NCBI GenBank assembly: GCA_022627495.1
Contig: JAKEGJ010000004.1
Span: forward strand, 622-64,621
Reading direction: 5' to 3'
From: Candidatus Micrarchaeota archaeon
Lineage (GTDB): Archaea; Micrarchaeota; Micrarchaeia; Anstonellales; Bilamarchaeaceae
DNA: 64,000 bases
A program made the position numbers and the translations under genes. The stretch's first letter is position 1. Every line of letters begins with the position of its first letter. This document shows positions 1-9,201 of the stretch, in pieces. The notes under the pieces are model-generated. The model searched no databases, was not told where the DNA came from, and saw only the letters and a program-made list of their open reading frames with translations.

Positions 1-359
1 GTCACTTTGACCTCTGCCGGAATAACGTCCTCTATGATCCTGTCGCGGTTGTCAATGAACGTCACTTTTCCGCTGCACTCCGGGCAGCAGCAAATTGTAG
101 CCTCCTTCGTCTCATCTATGTGCTCTGGCATGGGCCTTGAGGCACCTTCATGGCCCTCTTCCCTCCCCGGCCTCTTGTTTCTGTGAGGCGTATCCTCTTT
201 GACGAATGACGGCAGCTTCTTTTCTGGTTCGACTATTGATTTGAGTAAACGACGGAGTTCTTGAACTTCTTGACGAAGTTCTTTGTTTTCCTGCCGTAGT
301 CTTACGTTTTCTGCTTCAAGCAACACTATGCGTTGCTCAAGCCTTTCGAGGGAGGTCAT
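1..359 (-). mobile_element. IS66-family transposase (TnpC-like) N-terminal fragment; the gene runs off the window's left edge
   Basis: Minus-strand translation from the ATG near 359 gives MTSLERLEQRIVLLEAENVRLRQENKELRQEV (a leucine-zipper coiled coil), then CCCPECSGKVTFIDNRDRIIEDVIPAEVKV. This matches the IS66 TnpC N-terminus (zinc finger followed by E..IPA.V.V). GC content is lower than in the core genome. Confidence 0.4.
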
Positions 360-466
360 TATTGGTCTGAATGGGACTACGACAGAAAAATTATTGTGCC
401 TTTCTACTGTAATCGGCTAAACTGGTACTAAAAACCTATGTTCCCCTCTCAGCACATAAAAGAAAA

Positions 467-1495
467 TCAAGGAGTAAGTTTTTTCGCTTTACTTACCTCA
501 TTACAGATTTCATCATTAGCATTTTTGATTATCCTGAGCCCCTTTTCTATAGAATCGGTTTTCTCATGAATCTGCGTAACAATCGAAAGCAGGTCTTGGA
601 CAATATGTTCGTATTCTTTCAAATCGCCTTTGTCCAAATCTGCATTATACTGCTGAGAAATTAAATACCCAATAAAAGCAGCATTAGAATAACCGGTTAG
701 GACAACCCCCTCCGAGAGGGCATAAGAGCTTAATTCTGGTACTAGGTCATATATCGCATTTGGCACTGCCATCACACACAATCTGCAAGTTTTTGAAAGG
801 CTCTGATATTTTTTCACTTCCTGGATGCTATTGCTGACTTTATTCTGGATTTTCTTCTTTACTTTCTTTTGAACTTCTAGATCCTGAGCTTCAAGCTCTT
901 TAAGGAGGTCGAGAATGTCGTGGCATTTGGAATCTATCGGAAGATATTTTCCGTCATCTAGTTTCCATCCGAATTCAACCTTTAGGTTATGCCCAACAAC
1001 AATGTCAGTTTCAATAATATTGGATTTGATTAAGTCGTGGAAGTAACCCTTCAAGATGTTCTCTCCTGCTCCGCCTCTAGATTGTGTTCCTGAAAGCAAT
1101 TTTTGGATTTGGCCCATCTGAGATAACATCTGTTGTAACTGGATGAGTCGTTCCTGTTCTTTTTTATCTGTGGTCTCAATGATTTGCTTCCATCCCTTTT
1201 CACGTTCCTCTTGGACTTTCGAATTCCCCTCGACGTATTGTTTCCACTTCTGGTCCTTTTCGAATTGTAATCTCTCTTGAGCAGTTTCTCTTGCCAATCT
1301 GCTCTTTTCGATTTCCTCAAATTTGCCTTTAATCTCCGTTATCTGCTGATTAATATTAACAAGCGCAGCTCCAGACTCGCTACTTAACAGTTTTTTCTTT
1401 TCACTGTCTTTTCCAACGTAAAAACCAGCAATCCCACTCAAGACCGCAGTAATAACAAGAATAATCAAAACAATTATCAGTTCGACTACATCCAT
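467..1495 (-). CDS. rmuC: RmuC-family DNA recombination protein (N-terminal TM, coiled coil, RmuC nuclease-like domain)
   Basis: The N-terminal TM helix is MDVVELIIVLIILVITAVL, followed by a long K/E/Q coiled coil. The segments GGAGENILKGYFHDL, EFGWKLDDGKYLPIDSKC and VMAVPNAIYDLVPEL...VVLTGYSNAAFIGYL align with E. coli RmuC (GNWGEVVLTRVLEA, IVRLPQGKDVVIDAK, LMFIPVEPAFLLAL...IMLVSPTTLLVAL). The gene is AT-rich, about 40% GC, against a roughly 60% GC background. Confidence 0.65.
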   Translation of the reverse strand: MDVVELIIVLIILVITAVLSGIAGFYVGKDSEKKKLLSSESGAALVNINQQITEIKGKFEEIEKSRLARETAQERLQFEKDQKWKQYVEGNSKVQEEREKGWKQIIETTDKKEQERLIQLQQMLSQMGQIQKLLSGTQSRGGAGENILKGYFHDLIKSNIIETDIVVGHNLKVEFGWKLDDGKYLPIDSKCHDILDLLKELEAQDLEVQKKVKKKIQNKVSNSIQEVKKYQSLSKTCRLCVMAVPNAIYDLVPELSSYALSEGVVLTGYSNAAFIGYLISQQYNADLDKGDLKEYEHIVQDLLSIVTQIHEKTDSIEKGLRIIKNANDEICNEVSKAKKLTP

Positions 1496-1641
1496 AGAGT
1501 ATTCACTTGTTCGCTAAGTAATCGACTACCCCTTCGTAATCTGCAATCACTTTCTTGACTAGGGCCTTCGCATCGAAGGCATGTCTTTCTACCTCTTTCT
1601 TCTCCGGCTTTTTAGAGGTCAATATTAACACCATTTTCCAC

Positions 1642-2229
1642 TTATTCTACAATATATTCTCTCAAAAACAATTTAATAAACTTCTTAACGTCCTGTTCGG
1701 CCGGTTCTCTGCCCGTTTTCCCAAGAATCCCCTTCTCGATAAGACGCTCTTTTAACGGTTTTGGGTTGCTTCCTTCGGCCCAACTGGCTATGATTTCCAT
1801 AGTTTTACCCTGAGTTTCGGATTCCTTCTCGTCAGCCGGTTTCCATAACTTGTATTTCGTTTTGAGCTTGGGATTCACGTAAAGTTTGAGGTTAATCTCC
1901 AACAGAGTAATCGCCGTAGAGAATGCGGTGGTTTTGTTCCCTTCCAGGAAGGGATGGCGGCATGCAATATAAAAGAGGATTTCAGAGGAAACATGGACGG
2001 CATTATCCAGATAAGCATCCGTTTTGTACTTATGATTATTCAACTTGTACACAAGATAATCCAACTCGCCCTCATTCCTGAATCCGAACGGGTCATCTTT
2101 GCCGTGTGTTTTCCTATGCTCGATGATTGATTTGTTGATGAAGGCAATCAGTTCTTTCGTTGGTGTATAGATGCCGAATGGCTCTAAAACAAGCGCAGCT
2201 GCAATCCCTGGCCGTGGGGCCTTTTCCAT
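1642..2229 (-). CDS. Fic/Doc-family protein (death-on-curing-like toxin)
   Basis: A Fic motif variant HPFLEGNKTTAF is present (compare HPFxxGNGR and Doc HxFxxGNKR). The protein is about 195 aa. The track start is TTG, so it is trimmed to the in-frame ATG (MEKAPRPG). The gene sits in the low-GC island next to RmuC. Confidence 0.6.
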   Translation of the reverse strand: MEKAPRPGIAAALVLEPFGIYTPTKELIAFINKSIIEHRKTHGKDDPFGFRNEGELDYLVYKLNNHKYKTDAYLDNAVHVSSEILFYIACRHPFLEGNKTTAFSTAITLLEINLKLYVNPKLKTKYKLWKPADEKESETQGKTMEIIASWAEGSNPKPLKERLIEKGILGKTGREPAEQDVKKFIKLFLREYIVE

Positions 2230-2443
2230 ATCCAAACTATCCCCGACCTAGCTTTATATTCTTCTCGTCTCAGATGCTCAGTCGGCGGTTTGGCTCGAAC
2301 CTCTGCTCTCAGAACGGTTCTGGGGTATCTTCCCCTGCACTTTTTAATGCGCCAGGTCTGGTTACGAGAGTGCATTCCTAATACGCCAGCACCCCCAAAA
2401 ACATATAAACCTAGCATGGGTGTTATCGAAAACGGGTGGATCT

Positions 2444-3841
2444 ATGGCGAAAAACAACCTGCTCAAAACGCTCAATCCCAAGCAGATGGCTTATGTGAAC
2501 CTCGAACTCAAGAATCCGCAGAACGGGGAATACCTTCTCAGCGTCTTCCGTCTCGTCCCTGGCGGAACCTTAAACATCCTGCAGGCAGCTGCGGAGGTGG
2601 CCGCCGAATCATCGACCGGAACCAATTTCAAGGTCAATACCGAGACGGCATTCTCGAAGCAGATGAACGCCCTCGTCTACCGGGTTGACCAGAAAAAGAG
2701 CCTGGTATGGATAGCCTACCCCTGGCGCCTTTTCGACAGGCAGGGCAACGTCCTTGGCATGAAGGAGGTCGAGGCCCTCAAGCTGCTTGACGTCTGGTTC
2801 CCCCCGGCCATGCTGGAGCAGTACGACGGACCGAGCTACACGCTTGACGATATGAGGAAATATCTCGGCGTCCAAGGCCGGCCGATACTCGGCACGATTG
2901 TCAAGCCGAAGATGGGGCTCACCTCCGCAGAATACGCCGAGGTGTGCTACGACTTCTGGGTCGGAGGCGGCGATTTCGTCAAGAACGACGAACCCCAGGC
3001 CGACCAGGACTTCTGCCCCTATGGCAAGATGGTAGAGCACGTTAAGCGGGCGATGGACCTCGCTGTAAAGAAAACAGGAAAAAAGAAAGTCCATTCCTTC
3101 AACGTCTCGGCGGCCGATTTCGACATCATGATAGAGCGGTGCGAGATGATAAGGGAAGCGGGTTTCGAGCCGGGCAGCTACGCGTTTTTGATTGACGGAA
3201 TCACCGCAGGCTGGATGGCCGTGCAGACATTGAGGCGGAGATACCCCGATGTCTTCATTCATTTCCACCGCGCCGCCCACGGTGCCTTCACGAGGGATGA
3301 GAATCCCTTGGGATTCACGGTGCTCGTTCTGTCCAAATTCGCACGGCTTGCCGGGGCATCCGGCATACACACCGGGACGGCGGGGGTTGGCAAGATGGCC
3401 GGCAGCCCCGAAGAGGACATCATCGCCGCCCATGCCATCCTTCATCTCCACAGCAAAGGGCACTATTTCGAGCAATCGTGGGCGAAAATCCCCGAGACGG
3501 ACAAGGATACAGCCGACCTCGAGCACGAGGACCAGGCGCACCGCGACATCCTGAGGGACGACGACTGGAGGGGGATGAAAAAGTGCTGCCCTGTAATCTC
3601 CGGCGGCCTCAACCCGACCCTCCTCAAGCCGTTCATCGACGTGATGGGCAACACCGATTTCATAACGACGATGGGCGCTGGCTGCCATGCCCATCCGAAA
3701 GGGACCCGCGCCGGAGCCATGGCGCTGGTCCAGGCTTGCGAGGCGTACAAGAAAAAGGCAGACATCCGGAAATACGCTAAATCGCACAAGGAGCTCGCGG
3801 AAGCGATAGCATTTTTCACGAAGAAGAAAAAGAAGCGCTAG
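2444..3841 (+). CDS. rbcL: Ribulose-1,5-bisphosphate carboxylase large subunit, archaeal form III / II-III
   Basis: The RuBisCO signature GGGDFVKNDEPQ (GG[LI]DF[TV]K[DN]DE) and the carbamylation-site region VKPKMGLT (KPKLGLS) are present. The protein is about 465 aa. Start is placed at the ATG for MAKNN, preceded by GGGTGGA; the track start is a GTG 24 nt upstream. Confidence 0.85.
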   Translation: MAKNNLLKTLNPKQMAYVNLELKNPQNGEYLLSVFRLVPGGTLNILQAAAEVAAESSTGTNFKVNTETAFSKQMNALVYRVDQKKSLVWIAYPWRLFDRQGNVLGMKEVEALKLLDVWFPPAMLEQYDGPSYTLDDMRKYLGVQGRPILGTIVKPKMGLTSAEYAEVCYDFWVGGGDFVKNDEPQADQDFCPYGKMVEHVKRAMDLAVKKTGKKKVHSFNVSAADFDIMIERCEMIREAGFEPGSYAFLIDGITAGWMAVQTLRRRYPDVFIHFHRAAHGAFTRDENPLGFTVLVLSKFARLAGASGIHTGTAGVGKMAGSPEEDIIAAHAILHLHSKGHYFEQSWAKIPETDKDTADLEHEDQAHRDILRDDDWRGMKKCCPVISGGLNPTLLKPFIDVMGNTDFITTMGAGCHAHPKGTRAGAMALVQACEAYKKKADIRKYAKSHKELAEAIAFFTKKKKKR

Positions 3842-3881
3842 CTTGGCAAAGCGATTGGCAGGCATGGGGGGCGAGAGGGAT

Positions 3882-5069
3882 ATGAATGGACACACTGGCG
3901 CAGACTGGCGTAAAATGAAGAAAGCCGCAGAGGCATGGCTGGGCCCCATGTCGAAGGCGGGTATCAACCGCAGGCTGCGGCAATGGAAGAGGAGCGTAAG
4001 CGATATCTCCTGGCGCCGTTCGGCATCCGCCCTAACCGAGCGCATGCGCGCTATGAAAAGGCTGCTCGAAGGAAGGGAATATCCGCATCCGGACTCGTTC
4101 TTCTTCGCCATCGAGGATTTGCCGTACATGGGCAAGGAATACTGGTTCCTCCATTTCGTGGTCCCCGGGAGCGACGAGCAGGTCGTCATCACCGCAGGGC
4201 GCTCACAGGAGCCTGTCAAGGTCAATAAAACCAAGGTGCGCGATGTCGCGCCCAAGGCTGCAGGCGATAAGGATGCCAAAGTCGTGGACTGCGCTGCGGT
4301 CTGCTGGATGTATTCCGGCAAGAAGGAGGTCTTCATAGATGCCGGCGGCCAGGTCGGGCTCTCCGGAAAAGGCGAGTCCCAGCGCATATTCTTCAGGAAC
4401 GCCCAAAACGAGATGAGCATGTCCGGCGCATACCCCCAATTCGACATCGTCCTGAAAAAAGGCGGGCATGAGGTTTTTTACGCAAATGCACGGCCGAAAA
4501 AGCGCGGTCTTCCGTGGGAGATGCCCCCGCGCATGATTGCGAGCCCCATCTTCAAGGGATACGATGCGCTCCTCGTCAACTACTATTTCGATTTCAAAGG
4601 CCGGATGAGGGGAAAGCCGGTGAAGGGCAGGGCATACCTGCAGAAGGTCGTCGCCGCAATCCCCCTGGCCCCGTGGAACTGGGTGCGCCTGGAATTCGCG
4701 AAAGGCGCGACCCTCGACTATTTCGCCGGAAAGCCTTTGGGCGAGAACGCAGGCCCGAAGGTGCGCTTCCCGTGCAACGACTTCGTGGAAATCGATGGAA
4801 AGCGCATAAAGATGAGCGACCTCGAGATCCAGAGCTTCATGGACGGCGAGACAAGGCGGTGGGTGCTCAGCGGCAAGAACCTGTTTGTTTCAATGGAGTC
4901 CTACTCTCTCCAGCCGTTCTCCATGAAGCAGAACACGGTGTTCCAATATGATGAATACCTGGTCAGGGTCAAGGATTTCGTCTTGAGGGGCGGCAAAAAG
5001 ACCTATACGCTGAAGGATTTGGGCCCGGCAAGCGGGATAATCGAGGATGCGTACGGATACCTGCTCTGA
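3882..5069 (+). CDS. Hypothetical protein, paralog A of the 6445..7560 product; possible CrtC/AttH-like (lipocalin-fold hydratase family) protein
   Basis: It is 2 nt downstream of the rbcL stop and has strong GC3 bias. It shares colinear blocks with the 6445 protein: EYWFLHFVVPG vs SWFWWFWLFFIHD, AYLQKVVAAIPLAPWNWVRLEF vs AYFQKILVAAPPPQWYWGVYHF, and VFYANARPKKRG vs IMFYHAPTGRVFKG. The aromatic N-terminal block resembles the EWWY motif of PF07143 (CrtC/AttH). The track start is TTG and was trimmed to the ATG after a GAGAGGG RBS. Confidence 0.45.
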   Translation: MNGHTGADWRKMKKAAEAWLGPMSKAGINRRLRQWKRSVSDISWRRSASALTERMRAMKRLLEGREYPHPDSFFFAIEDLPYMGKEYWFLHFVVPGSDEQVVITAGRSQEPVKVNKTKVRDVAPKAAGDKDAKVVDCAAVCWMYSGKKEVFIDAGGQVGLSGKGESQRIFFRNAQNEMSMSGAYPQFDIVLKKGGHEVFYANARPKKRGLPWEMPPRMIASPIFKGYDALLVNYYFDFKGRMRGKPVKGRAYLQKVVAAIPLAPWNWVRLEFAKGATLDYFAGKPLGENAGPKVRFPCNDFVEIDGKRIKMSDLEIQSFMDGETRRWVLSGKNLFVSMESYSLQPFSMKQNTVFQYDEYLVRVKDFVLRGGKKTYTLKDLGPASGIIEDAYGYLL

Positions 5070-5107
5070 AGGCGCCGCTTATCCCTGAGCGGAACACTGC
5101 CCCGCTC

Positions 5108-6382
5108 TTATGGCAGAAGCAGCTTCAGGTAGAATGCGGGCGAGACGACCTTCTCCTTCTCCTTGTCGGAGCCGAGCATGTCCACAAGCATCTGCCTGAC
5201 TTCCGGCTTGTCGGCCGCCTTCCCGATGAAAAGGTTGAGCAGGAACTTATGGCGCGAAAGCCTCTGGAGCCGGTATGAATTCGCCATGTCCTTGCGGAGG
5301 AACCTGGCGACCTTCTCCTCATAAGAGCCCAGTGCCGATGCGGGCAGCGCATCATCGCCCTTGTGGTTTTCGAGCGCAGAATCGATGGCGAGCGCGGCAT
5401 ATTTGCCGGATGAGAGCGCATTTCCCACCCCCTCGCCCGAAAACGGGTCCACGAGGGATGCGGCATCCCCGACAAGAAGCCAGCCGTCGCCGGTATTCGG
5501 CTTCCTGTATGAGCCGTTCGGGATTGCCCATCCGCCGACTTTGCCCTCCAATTTCGCATTTGCGAACCTCGGCGCTATAGAGGGATGATTGCTGATAGCT
5601 TCCTGAAGTATCGTAGTGGGGTGCTTGCCCTTCAAATCGGATGACAATATGCCAAGGCCGACATTCGCCTTGCCCTCCGCCATTGGGAATATCCACAGGT
5701 ATCCGGGCAGGACGCCGTCAATGAAATAAAGCTCGATGCTGCCGCTTAATCCGCTTATGCCGCTCCAGTACCCCCTTACGGCCGAATATATGTGCTCTTT
5801 CGGCTGGGATTCCGGCACAACCTGCCGGCCGACGATGGATGCTGCGCCATCGGCTCCGACAACCACCTTGGAAAAGAACCTCATCCCCTTCCTGTTCCCG
5901 CCAATTGACAAGGCCCCGCTCACCCCGCAGACCGCGCCTGAGGGGGATCTTTCGAGGCTGGTGACTGAAAAACCCTGCAGGATTGTTATGTTCTTTTGGC
6001 CCTGGGCAAGCTGGAAAAATAGGTTGTCGACCTTCTGCCTTTCTACCGTGTATCCGGCGAATTCCATTCCGCTGGCGTTCGGGAAGGGCACATCTACCTT
6101 CTTCCCGCTCGGGGCGACCATCATAAGCCCCCTCACGATTCCGTGCGGGAGGCGGGGGATATCGCCGAGCACCCCCAGTTCGCGGGCTATCCCGATTGAT
6201 TTTCCGGAAAACGCGTCACCGCAAACCTTCTCCCTGGGAAAAGTCGCCTTATCCAGCAGGAGCACCTTCCTTCCGGACCTGGCCAGAAACAGCGCGCACG
6301 AGCACCCCGACGGCCCTGCGCCTACCACTATGGCATCGAATCTCTTATCCGCCGGGGGAATTCCAGAAGTGAGCTTGGTCAT
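5108..6382 (-). CDS. Geranylgeranyl reductase family flavoprotein (digeranylgeranylglycerophospholipid reductase-like)
   Basis: FAD-binding N-terminus DAIVVGAGPSGCSCALFLARSG, a GGR C-terminal motif GDAASLVDPFSGEGVGNA, 424 aa, ATG start. Confidence 0.8.
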   Translation of the reverse strand: MTKLTSGIPPADKRFDAIVVGAGPSGCSCALFLARSGRKVLLLDKATFPREKVCGDAFSGKSIGIARELGVLGDIPRLPHGIVRGLMMVAPSGKKVDVPFPNASGMEFAGYTVERQKVDNLFFQLAQGQKNITILQGFSVTSLERSPSGAVCGVSGALSIGGNRKGMRFFSKVVVGADGAASIVGRQVVPESQPKEHIYSAVRGYWSGISGLSGSIELYFIDGVLPGYLWIFPMAEGKANVGLGILSSDLKGKHPTTILQEAISNHPSIAPRFANAKLEGKVGGWAIPNGSYRKPNTGDGWLLVGDAASLVDPFSGEGVGNALSSGKYAALAIDSALENHKGDDALPASALGSYEEKVARFLRKDMANSYRLQRLSRHKFLLNLFIGKAADKPEVRQMLVDMLGSDKEKEKVVSPAFYLKLLLP

Positions 6383-6444
6383 GCTATCCCACCTTACATT
6401 GTCGCGGAGTCATTAATAAAACGCTTTCTGATGAAACCAGAGTC

Positions 6445-7560
6445 ATGCCGCAAACGAGGGAAGAGCTGATTCGGGGCATCTGGACCCCCCCAGCATACTG
6501 GAAAATAGGCGGCTCCTGGTTCTGGTGGTTCTGGCTGTTTTTCATCCATGACGAAAATACCGTCAAAACCGGCAAATGCCGCCAGCTTATGATACTCTGG
6601 TCCATCAAGAAGGACAGGCGCATCCATTGCAATTCCCTGGACATAAGCATCCCGAAGCAGATCGAGAGGGAAGGGGATTCGAAATGGCGCCTGAACGGAG
6701 CCGCGGCGGCATGGTATTTCGACGGAGAAAAAATGCACGACGATTTCGTCCTGGAAAAATCGTCAATGTCCCTGGATCCGGAGAAGCTCGCCCTCATAGC
6801 CCCGGGCGCAACGCCTTCGTCGTTCACTATGGACGGCGATAAGTATGTGACCAAAATCTCCTCAAAAACCGAATCCGGCCCGGTCGAATTCGAATTCCGC
6901 GCCCGCCAGGAGGACCTGAACGAGGCCGTGGGCCCGGTGCAGGGAAAGACCTCGCTTCCCCTGGGCATGGTCGTGGAGGGGACGATGATAGAGCGGCTGG
7001 CGCTTCGGGGCACGGAGACCCGCGGCGGCAAGACGTCCGCCATCGCGGGGACCGCATATTTCCAGAAGATTCTTGTTGCCGCCCCCCCGCCCCAGTGGTA
7101 CTGGGGCGTATACCACTTCGACGAGGGCAGTTTCCTAACTTTCATGGTATCCTATGCGGGCAGGGCGACGCTCGCGGACAATGCATGGCGCGGGGCGAAA
7201 CTGAAAAAGCCGACACTGCCGGTCCAGGAGAATATCATGTTCTATCACGCGCCTACCGGGCGGGTATTCAAGGGCAACCGCGTTTCCGTCACCCCGAAAA
7301 AGGAAGGCGGCGAGCTTTGGTCGCACAAGGTCCATGGAAAGGGGGATGGCTTTGAGATAGACGCGTTCGCGAAGGCGTACGCCCACTCGTGCTGGAAATT
7401 CGTCAAGAATGTCGGCGCGCTCCCGGCCAAATCGACCTTCAAGTACAACGAGTATCCTGCCGTCTTGGAACGCCTCGAGCTCCGCCTGCATGGAGGGGAG
7501 AAAATCGCGCTCAAAAACGGCTGGGGCAACATGGAGAACTCCTGGGGGTTCCTAATCTAA
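6445..7560 (+). CDS. Hypothetical protein, paralog B of 3882..5069 (CrtC/AttH-like?)
   Basis: See paralog A. The gene is divergent from the GGR gene with a 62-bp spacer and starts with ATG. Confidence 0.45.
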   Translation: MPQTREELIRGIWTPPAYWKIGGSWFWWFWLFFIHDENTVKTGKCRQLMILWSIKKDRRIHCNSLDISIPKQIEREGDSKWRLNGAAAAWYFDGEKMHDDFVLEKSSMSLDPEKLALIAPGATPSSFTMDGDKYVTKISSKTESGPVEFEFRARQEDLNEAVGPVQGKTSLPLGMVVEGTMIERLALRGTETRGGKTSAIAGTAYFQKILVAAPPPQWYWGVYHFDEGSFLTFMVSYAGRATLADNAWRGAKLKKPTLPVQENIMFYHAPTGRVFKGNRVSVTPKKEGGELWSHKVHGKGDGFEIDAFAKAYAHSCWKFVKNVGALPAKSTFKYNEYPAVLERLELRLHGGEKIALKNGWGNMENSWGFLI

Positions 7561-7627
7561 GCCCGCGCCGGCTACGCATGGCACGCATATATTCATATTT
7601 TTAAATATTTACAATCATAAATATCAT

Positions 7628-7882
7628 ATGGCTTCTGGCCGAACGCGCCTTTTCAAGGCATTGTCCGACGGCACGCGCCTGAAAATCGTGGAAATCCTCC
7701 TAAAGGGCGAGCGGTGCGCATGCGAACTGCCAAAAATGGTCGGGAAAGCCCAGCCCACCGTCTCGCTTCAATTGAAGAAGCTCGTGAAGGCGGGCGTACT
7801 CAAATGCCGCAAAGACGGCGCAAAATCGATTTATCGCGTTAGTGAGCCGAATGTGAAGAAAATGCTGGAGCTGGTTGGATGA
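7628..7882 (+). CDS. arsR: ArsR/SmtB-family transcriptional regulator
   Basis: LFKALSDGTRLKIVEILLKGERCACEL matches the ArsR HTH and metal-site consensus. It is 84 aa and its stop overlaps the next gene's ATG. The upstream palindrome ATATTT-TT-AAATAT is a candidate operator. Confidence 0.8.
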   Translation: MASGRTRLFKALSDGTRLKIVEILLKGERCACELPKMVGKAQPTVSLQLKKLVKAGVLKCRKDGAKSIYRVSEPNVKKMLELVG

Positions 7883-8121
7883 TTATCGAAGTGGTAGGCA
7901 GCGGATGCCGCAAATGCATGGAGCTTGAAAAAAGGGCGAAGGAAGCGGCCATTAAATCCGGCATCAAGGCCGATGTCGTCCATGTTTTCGACGTCTCGCG
8001 CATCATCGAGATGGGCATCGTTTCAACCCCGGCAATCCTGATAAACGGGAAGGTGGCGCTCAGCGGCTCCCTCCCCAACGTCGATGAATTAATCGTCCTA
8101 TTCAGGGAAAAGGCGAACTGA
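7879..8121 (+). CDS. Thioredoxin-fold redox-active disulfide protein (small CxxC protein of ArsR-linked operons)
   Basis: GSGCRKC CxxC motif near the N-terminus, 80 aa, translationally coupled to arsR and to the permease. Confidence 0.65.
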   Translation: MIIEVVGSGCRKCMELEKRAKEAAIKSGIKADVVHVFDVSRIIEMGIVSTPAILINGKVALSGSLPNVDELIVLFREKAN

Positions 8122-9164
8122 TGGACGTCATCGTTCTAATCCTGGCAGGCCTTGCGGCAATACAGGACTACGTACTCGCGCACACGCTCTTCTGCCTCAT
8201 ACCCGCGTTCTTCATCGCCGGTGCCATGGCCGCCCTGATACCCAAGCGGATGCTGCTGCCCTATCTCGGGAAGGATTCGCCAAAGCATGTCGCCTACCCG
8301 ATTGCAGTCGCTAGCGGCCTGCTCCTTGCCGTGTGCTCATGCACGGTCCTGCCGCTTTTTGCAGGCATCAGGAAGGGCGGTGCCGGAATAGGCCCGGCCA
8401 TCGTCTTCCTTTACACCGCCCCTGCGACCAACATAATGGCCATCCTGTACACCGGCAGCCTGATTGGGTGGGACATCGCCCTGGCCAGGATAATCCTCTC
8501 AATAGCGTTTGCGGTCATAATCGGCCTAATCATCTCAAAAATATCCGACCATGGTGCGGAAAAGGAAGGAGCTGACGCATTCGAAAAACATGCAGGCGGG
8601 CCGGATACCAAGCGCCTTTTCCTCCTCTTTGGCGCTCTCCTTGGCATACTGCTTGTCGGAACGAGAATCAGCGAGGACTTCATCAAATACCCGGCTGTCG
8701 CAGGGTTGATAATCCTCACGTTATGGATTTCGTCCAGGTATTTCACCAGGGAAGAGGTAAGCGGCTGGATGGATGAGACCTGGGGCTTTGCTAAGACTAT
8801 AGCTCCGCTTCTTCTCATAGGCGTTTTCGCATCCGGAATAATACGCGAGGTCATGCCCCCAGACCTGATTCCCACGTACATGGGCCAGAACACACTCATT
8901 GCCATGGTAATCCCGGTCCTCTTCGGCATCTTCGTATACTTCCCCACGCTTGTGGAAGTCCCGATGGCGAGGATGTTTTTGGATTTGGGTATGGCCAAGG
9001 GCCCGCTTCTTGCATATATGCTCGCCGACCCGGTCATCTCGCTTCCAAGCATCCTAGTCGTCCGCAAGATAATGGGCAACCGCGACACCGGCATATATGT
9101 ATTGCTGATATTCGTCCTTAGCGTACTCGCCGGCCTTGGCGCGGGGCAAGTGCTTTTTTCCTGA
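8121..9164 (+). CDS. ArsP/DUF318-family permease (putative organoarsenical or metalloid efflux permease)
   Basis: Polytopic membrane protein with a conserved CSC-containing segment (LLAVCSCTVLPLF) like the ArsP TPFcSCS motif. It is in an operon with ArsR and the thioredoxin-like protein. Confidence 0.6.
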   Translation: MDVIVLILAGLAAIQDYVLAHTLFCLIPAFFIAGAMAALIPKRMLLPYLGKDSPKHVAYPIAVASGLLLAVCSCTVLPLFAGIRKGGAGIGPAIVFLYTAPATNIMAILYTGSLIGWDIALARIILSIAFAVIIGLIISKISDHGAEKEGADAFEKHAGGPDTKRLFLLFGALLGILLVGTRISEDFIKYPAVAGLIILTLWISSRYFTREEVSGWMDETWGFAKTIAPLLLIGVFASGIIREVMPPDLIPTYMGQNTLIAMVIPVLFGIFVYFPTLVEVPMARMFLDLGMAKGPLLAYMLADPVISLPSILVVRKIMGNRDTGIYVLLIFVLSVLAGLGAGQVLFS

Positions 9165-9201
9165 GCGAATGGCATAAAAACGCCATGCGGAATATAATCC
9201 C

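Noticed and set aside
2255-2300. A tRNA-like T-loop, GGTTCGAGCC on the minus strand, at the low-GC island boundary; it might be an integration att site.
   Set aside because: No complementary 5-bp T-stem, acceptor stem or anticodon arm could be built around it.
2609-4447. 612-aa ORF on the minus strand antisense to rbcL and the downstream gene. Similar long antisense or out-of-frame ORFs occur elsewhere (for example 16673..17425, 17696..18487, 25527..26233, 42703..43299, 12384..13229, 19003..19683).
   Set aside because: In 60%+ GC DNA, stop codons are rare in non-coding frames. These ORFs are R/A/G/S/P-rich and lack motifs. The opposite or alternative frame carries a well-recognised protein with strong GC3 bias.
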